Assembly: GCA_041483895.1 (NCBI GenBank)
Contig: JBGPGO010000004.1
Span: forward strand, 64,001 to 128,000
Length of the DNA stretch: 64,000 nucleotides
From: Fimbriimonadia bacterium
Lineage (GTDB): Bacteria; Armatimonadota; Fimbriimonadia; Fimbriimonadales; JABRVX01
Direction of reading: 5' to 3'
Positions 59,646 through 64,000 of this stretch are shown in pieces. Positions within the stretch are counted from its first letter, which is position 1; the number at the start of each line of letters is the position of its first letter. The translations under genes and the position numbers were made by a program. The notes under the pieces were generated by a model. It was given only the letters and a program-made list of their open reading frames with translations, was not told the DNA's origin and did no database searches.

Positions 59646-61447
59646 CTAGTGGCCCCCTCCCGGCACGACGACGGGAGCGTCCGGCGGGACGAGATTGAAG
59701 TAGGTCTGATCCAGGTCTACCCAATCGCTCTTGACCGACAAGCCGCTCTTGTAGAACCAGGTCGTCCGGTACTGCGTCTTTGCCCCTGTCCGGTCGCGAT
59801 ACAAGGATGCCTTTGTCGTTGATTCCGTGTCGCCTGGCGAAGTGTGGCTCTGCGGGCAGTCTGCGACTTGCCCACCAACGGGTACTTGAATTCCACTACG
59901 CAGGTCTGCGCGCTCTTGTCCTTAAAATTCTGCCGATCCGCATCTATTTCTATCTGCACTTTTTCAAAAGGTGGAACCAGCGACACGGCCGGGTCCTGGG
60001 TTGAGGTCCAAGCCTCGCCGGCGGGCACTTTGATCGAGGGCCGATCATGAATGCTCCAGACGACCTGATACTCATAATCCATCATATCCTTCCCCGATTC
60101 GGCAAGGCGCGGATAGGTGATGCCCTGCACGGTCGTTCCCTTTTTCACCGTGTCCGGATCGAAACGAATGGCAGCCGTAACGTCTGACTGCCCCGACTTA
60201 TATTTCTTTCGCAAATTCACCGCGACGAAGTTGATCGTGTCCGCAAAAGAATCCACAAAGTCGCCGTCCACTTGAAAATGGATCGTCCTCGTTTGGAACG
60301 CCGGATCGTCCATATTCACGATGCGGAAATAGCGCGGGTCGTCCTTGAGCGCATCATACAGGCCATGGATATTTCCGGCGGTGCTGACCGGCACCTTCAC
60401 CGTCCCGTTCTTGCTCAGATTGATCGTAAACAGATTGTGCTTGATGTCCTTGCGATCTTTAATGACCCACTGGTCGTCGGTGTAGTACTTGGTGTCGTCG
60501 GTGCCGCCGAAAGTCCGCGAGAGCCAAGACCGCTCCTTCCTGCCTAAGAGCTGCCCCTGCTCGACTGCGGCTTCCCTTTCCGGATCGGCCGCGAAGCCGG
60601 TCTTGGTGTCGAACATCAGTTCCGTCAGCTTGGACGTGATCAAATCGAGCAGCTTGGCCATATCGTCGGTCTTAATTCCGAGGCCGGCGCCGCGATCCAG
60701 CGATTCAACTTTGAGGTCCCCCGTCCGTTGAAGATCGTCGGTAATCTGCCGAATCTGGCGCTTGGTGTAATCATGCTGGCTGTTGTAAATCGATGAGAAA
60801 TGCTTATAGACGGTGGAAACATCACAGGTCACACGCGCGTTGAAAGCTGTCACGACGGCCTCGTAGTACGCGTTGATCGAGATGGAAACGTCGGAGGTCG
60901 GACCGGAAAGCGAGTTCCACAGCAGCGTCGCGCCGTTCGGATTCAGGATGGCGGCGACGGCGGCCTTCGAACCCGGAGTGAGCGGGGCGGAGCCGGAAGT
61001 GATGACGGTCCGGGTCATCCCGCCCGGGGCCTTGTCGTTGAGCACCGCCGATACAACTTCAAACGATCCCGGCTGGTCTTCGGCCTCCTTCTTGGCCGGC
61101 AAAAGTGCCACGGGGCCGACGATACGGGCGCCCTGATGTTTCTTCTGCAGCTCTTTCTCCAGCAGTAGAACCGTTTCCGGCGGAAGAGTGAATTCGACGA
61201 GGCAATGGAACAGGCCCCCGGATGCCTGGCCCTTCGGATCGACATACTTGAGGCAGAGGAATTCCAATGTGCCGTCCTCATTTGTGGCCAGCCTCGGGTA
61301 TTTCGGCAGGTAGTAGAAGGCGCTGTCGTCCTGATAGTCCTGCAGCAGTTGCACACCCATGATCTCGTACCGGCCGCTGTCGAACTTCACCTGCCCAAAG
61401 GCGATGCTGCCAAAAATCAGGCCGGCGGCTATCAACATCCGTCGCAT
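59646..61447 (-). CDS. Secreted uncharacterised paralog-family protein, long form, with a 1-bp frameshift near 59836
   Basis: FYYLP, GSAPLTPG, FRIVNMDDP. The shifted frame continues PGDTEST...QYRTTWFYKSG...GGGH to a TAG abutting the next GTG start. Confidence 0.8.
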
Positions 61448-62599
61448 TTAGTCTCCTCCTCCTTCGTCGTCCGCGGGTTTCGGCTTGGCCGGCGGCGGGC
61501 TGGTAATATCCAGCAGCTTGGCCCAACCCGGTCCCTCTTTCCAATCGCCCACCTGGCGGTCCCCTTCGACTGTGACCGAAATGATTCGGTAAGAAAACGG
61601 CTTATCCATCCGCACGGCGAACGGGAACTTTAGGCTTGCCGAGGCGATATCCGGCGTGGCGGCTTTGAACGTCACGGTGCGGGTGACGGGCGTTCCCCCA
61701 ACCCCCATCGCTTTAATCTCCACAGTCTTGAGGGCCAGCGTCGGGGTCAGCGAATTGTTGAAATCGTAGCACCGGATATCGAGCGCCGGATATCCTGGCG
61801 GCACGGACTGATTGAGATCGATCCGCTTGAATCGGTCCGGCCACTTGTCGGCATCCGCCCGGACTGTGACGACGTTCGCCAGGATCGGCACAACCTTCTT
61901 CTCCCCTTCGGCCTTAAGCATCTCCTGAAGCTCTTTTGGAATCGCTTCCGGATTGCCCTTTGCAACCGAGTACCCCTCCGTATCGCCTTCCGCAAAGTAC
62001 ACGTACGAGACGGAGATCAGAACCTGCCCCTTATGAAACGCTTCCCATAACGCTTGGGACGAATAGGGGTCCGGATTGACGGTGTAGATGCGCTCGGACC
62101 AAAGGGCCGTGTCGTATGTCGGCGTCGCCGTCGCCGCATCCGACTCTTCCAGCCGTCCGTCCCTCACCTCTGTCGCCTTGTCCGCCACCGGAGCGTCGTC
62201 AACGATGGGCGTGTAAACGAGCCGCGTTTCCATGTGTTTGATGGGCAGGGGCAGCAGCCTCGCGCCAACGCCAAGAGCCGCCTTTGCGTTCTTGAGCGCA
62301 TCGCTGTTCACCTTGTCCATGACGATCTTAAACGAAAGCACCGAGCGGGCAACGAAATCTCCCGGATCGCCCGTGACTTCCGAACCGGTGTATATGATTT
62401 GCAGGAATCTGAGATCGGGCCCGCCGGACGGATCGGTCGCGATTTGAATCTCGCCCGGCGCGTAATAAAACAGCCGCGTATCCTTGGTGTCCAGGTACAC
62501 GGTCATGCCCGCGGCGACTCGCGTTTTGCCGAGCGCGGGCTCGCCATGCGCCGCCATCGTGACCAGACCGATTGTCATTGCGACGAAAATTGTCCTCAT
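61448..62599 (-). CDS. Secreted uncharacterised paralog-family protein, short form (~383 aa)
   Basis: Signal peptide MRTIFVAM..AHG|EP; LFYYAP, GGPDLRFL, ALWEAF, FKRIDLN, FSYRII. Confidence 0.75.
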   Translation of the reverse strand: MRTIFVAMTIGLVTMAAHGEPALGKTRVAAGMTVYLDTKDTRLFYYAPGEIQIATDPSGGPDLRFLQIIYTGSEVTGDPGDFVARSVLSFKIVMDKVNSDALKNAKAALGVGARLLPLPIKHMETRLVYTPIVDDAPVADKATEVRDGRLEESDAATATPTYDTALWSERIYTVNPDPYSSQALWEAFHKGQVLISVSYVYFAEGDTEGYSVAKGNPEAIPKELQEMLKAEGEKKVVPILANVVTVRADADKWPDRFKRIDLNQSVPPGYPALDIRCYDFNNSLTPTLALKTVEIKAMGVGGTPVTRTVTFKAATPDIASASLKFPFAVRMDKPFSYRIISVTVEGDRQVGDWKEGPGWAKLLDITSPPPAKPKPADDEGGGD

Positions 62600-62676
62600 T
62601 CTTCCCACATTCCTCTGGTCCCCTACCAACCATGCGAGGGTCGGCCGGGGGTCGCGTGCATCAAACCCCGTCAATG

Positions 62677-62699
62677 CGCAGGCTTAAGCCTGCGGCTAC
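62677..62699 (-). repeat. REP-like palindrome inside the operon
   Basis: GTAG-C-CGCAGGC-TTAA-GCCTGCG perfect hairpin. Confidence 0.65.
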
Positions 62700-62711
62700 C
62701 GTTTACCGGCG

Positions 62712-64000
62712 CTACCCACCCAGCAAGGACTTCAATTGCGCCTTTCCCAGGAACAGCTCCATCCGGTCTCCATCGGTCCATGGCGTCGGCCCAAGCGCCG
62801 TCCCATCGGCCTTGATAATGGTGTACCGATACGAGAACAGCGGGTCGCCGGGTTTCGCCACTTCGTCGGCACGGCGATCCACTAGGTAGACTGGTCCGAT
62901 CTCGATCGTCTGGTTGTCGGCGCTGATCGATCCGCTCTTGATTTGTTCAGCGCGATTCTTCGAATCGAAGTACTTGGATTTAACATCCACCATGATGCGC
63001 GCGATTCCGCCCGGATCGGTGAAGGGCGTCAGCGTGACGATCTGCACTTTCGCCGTCGTCATGTTCGCGACGCCGCCCGTCCATTGAGATTTCGCGGCAT
63101 CGACTCCTTCCGGATAGTTTTCGACAACGCCGTAATCCGCCCAGGACTTCAGCGACTTGCCATCCAACCAGCCCTGGATTGCCGCATCGGCGATGCGGGC
63201 CTTGGACTTCGGCGGCAGCTCCGTGTTCTTCAGATCGTACGAGTAGATCGTCGGCGTGCCGTCCGAGCCGATGGTCAAGAAGTGCAGATACTTCAGCTTG
63301 ATTGGGAACGGCGCTGTGTTCTGCATCAGGTCGGCGCGATGCCAATAGCGCGTTCCAAACGTGTGCGGATCGGTGATCTTGATCTGCACCGGAATCAGCA
63401 CGCTGAACCCATCGCCTTCGCCGGCAGAAGTATACGTGGCCGTACCCGTCAGGCCAAGCCCTTGAGTCAACGTCGCTTCGATATTTTCCTTCGTGACAAC
63501 ATCGGTCGTGAAGGAAAGGTCCACCTCCCCGGCAATATCGGAAATGGCCGAGACCGAGATTTTGTCCGCGGCGATGTTGAATCGCTTCAGATCGTCCTTC
63601 ATGGAGAATCCGGGGGAGCCGTTGAACGGGAAAGGCCGCAGCTCCTTGAACTTGCCGGCTGGCAGACCCTTTTGCAAAAGACCCCGCACGAAACTGATCT
63701 CCGCCGGATCGATCGCGGAAGTCAGCCGGGCGGTAATCGATACGTCGTTCGACCCGTCGGGCCGCGCCGCGCCGTAGATCATTCGCAGCGCGTAGCCATT
63801 GTCCACGTCCCAGAACAGCACGTAGCGAGCGGGCAGATAGTAGAAAATTCCCGAGGCCGGATTGGCATCCATATACACGTCCGCGTTGATTGTGGTGATC
63901 TTCTCGGCGGTCAGCCCGGTGCCAGGCGCGGCATTCAGAAGGTCGAACAGACGATACTTGGTGCTGGACGGCCCTTTGCCGCCCTTATCCGCCACATCCT
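62712..64000 (-). CDS. Uncharacterised paralog-family protein with N-terminal extension, 5'-truncated by the window
   Basis: Frame open to window end; VYMDANPASGIFYYLP, ELRPFP, C-terminal FSYRYTII...GPTPW. Confidence 0.75.
   Translation of the reverse strand, partial: DVADKGGKGPSSTKYRLFDLLNAAPGTGLTAEKITTINADVYMDANPASGIFYYLPARYVLFWDVDNGYALRMIYGAARPDGSNDVSITARLTSAIDPAEISFVRGLLQKGLPAGKFKELRPFPFNGSPGFSMKDDLKRFNIAADKISVSAISDIAGEVDLSFTTDVVTKENIEATLTQGLGLTGTATYTSAGEGDGFSVLIPVQIKITDPHTFGTRYWHRADLMQNTAPFPIKLKYLHFLTIGSDGTPTIYSYDLKNTELPPKSKARIADAAIQGWLDGKSLKSWADYGVVENYPEGVDAAKSQWTGGVANMTTAKVQIVTLTPFTDPGGIARIMVDVKSKYFDSKNRAEQIKSGSISADNQTIEIGPVYLVDRRADEVAKPGDPLFSYRYTIIKADGTALGPTPWTDGDRMELFLGKAQLKSLLGG

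Noticed and set aside
53797..59822. Long plus-strand ORFs (53797-55773, 57954-59822)
   Set aside because: Antisense shadows of well-supported minus-strand genes in GC-rich DNA; no motifs or convincing RBS.
52459..64000. Assignment of the operon to T6SS, eCIS, phage tail or a named toxin family
   Set aside because: No sheath, tube, VgrG or baseplate features and no diagnostic CDC motif recognised; Sec-type signal peptides argue against contractile-system parts. The pore-forming idea remains a hypothesis only.

Overview
Bacterial chromosomal window, mostly GC-rich. TolC, a PEP-CTERM protein, SigH and secreted proteins with dockerin-like C-termini suggest a diderm such as Armatimonadota (inference). 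Housekeeping genes (proS, cysE-cysS, hpt, sigH, tRNA-Val(CAC), sucA-sucB-lpdA) are interleaved with secreted hydrolases, ABC components, a hicBA TA pair, a decayed MNT-HEPN pair, several tandem paralog pairs and REP-like repeats. The most striking feature is a minus-strand operon from 52459 to beyond 64000. It encodes at least six divergent paralogs of one family I cannot name (shared (Y/F)Y(Y/L)P, G-x-AP and FR-x-VN-x-DP blocks; four long and two short forms; signal peptides on all five with visible starts) and ends in a secreted HExxH metallopeptidase, so it is a candidate undescribed multi-subunit secreted system. One paralog has a 1-bp frameshift. Three intergenic regions hold candidate small or structured RNAs. 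All calls come from reading sequence motifs; no database searches were run.
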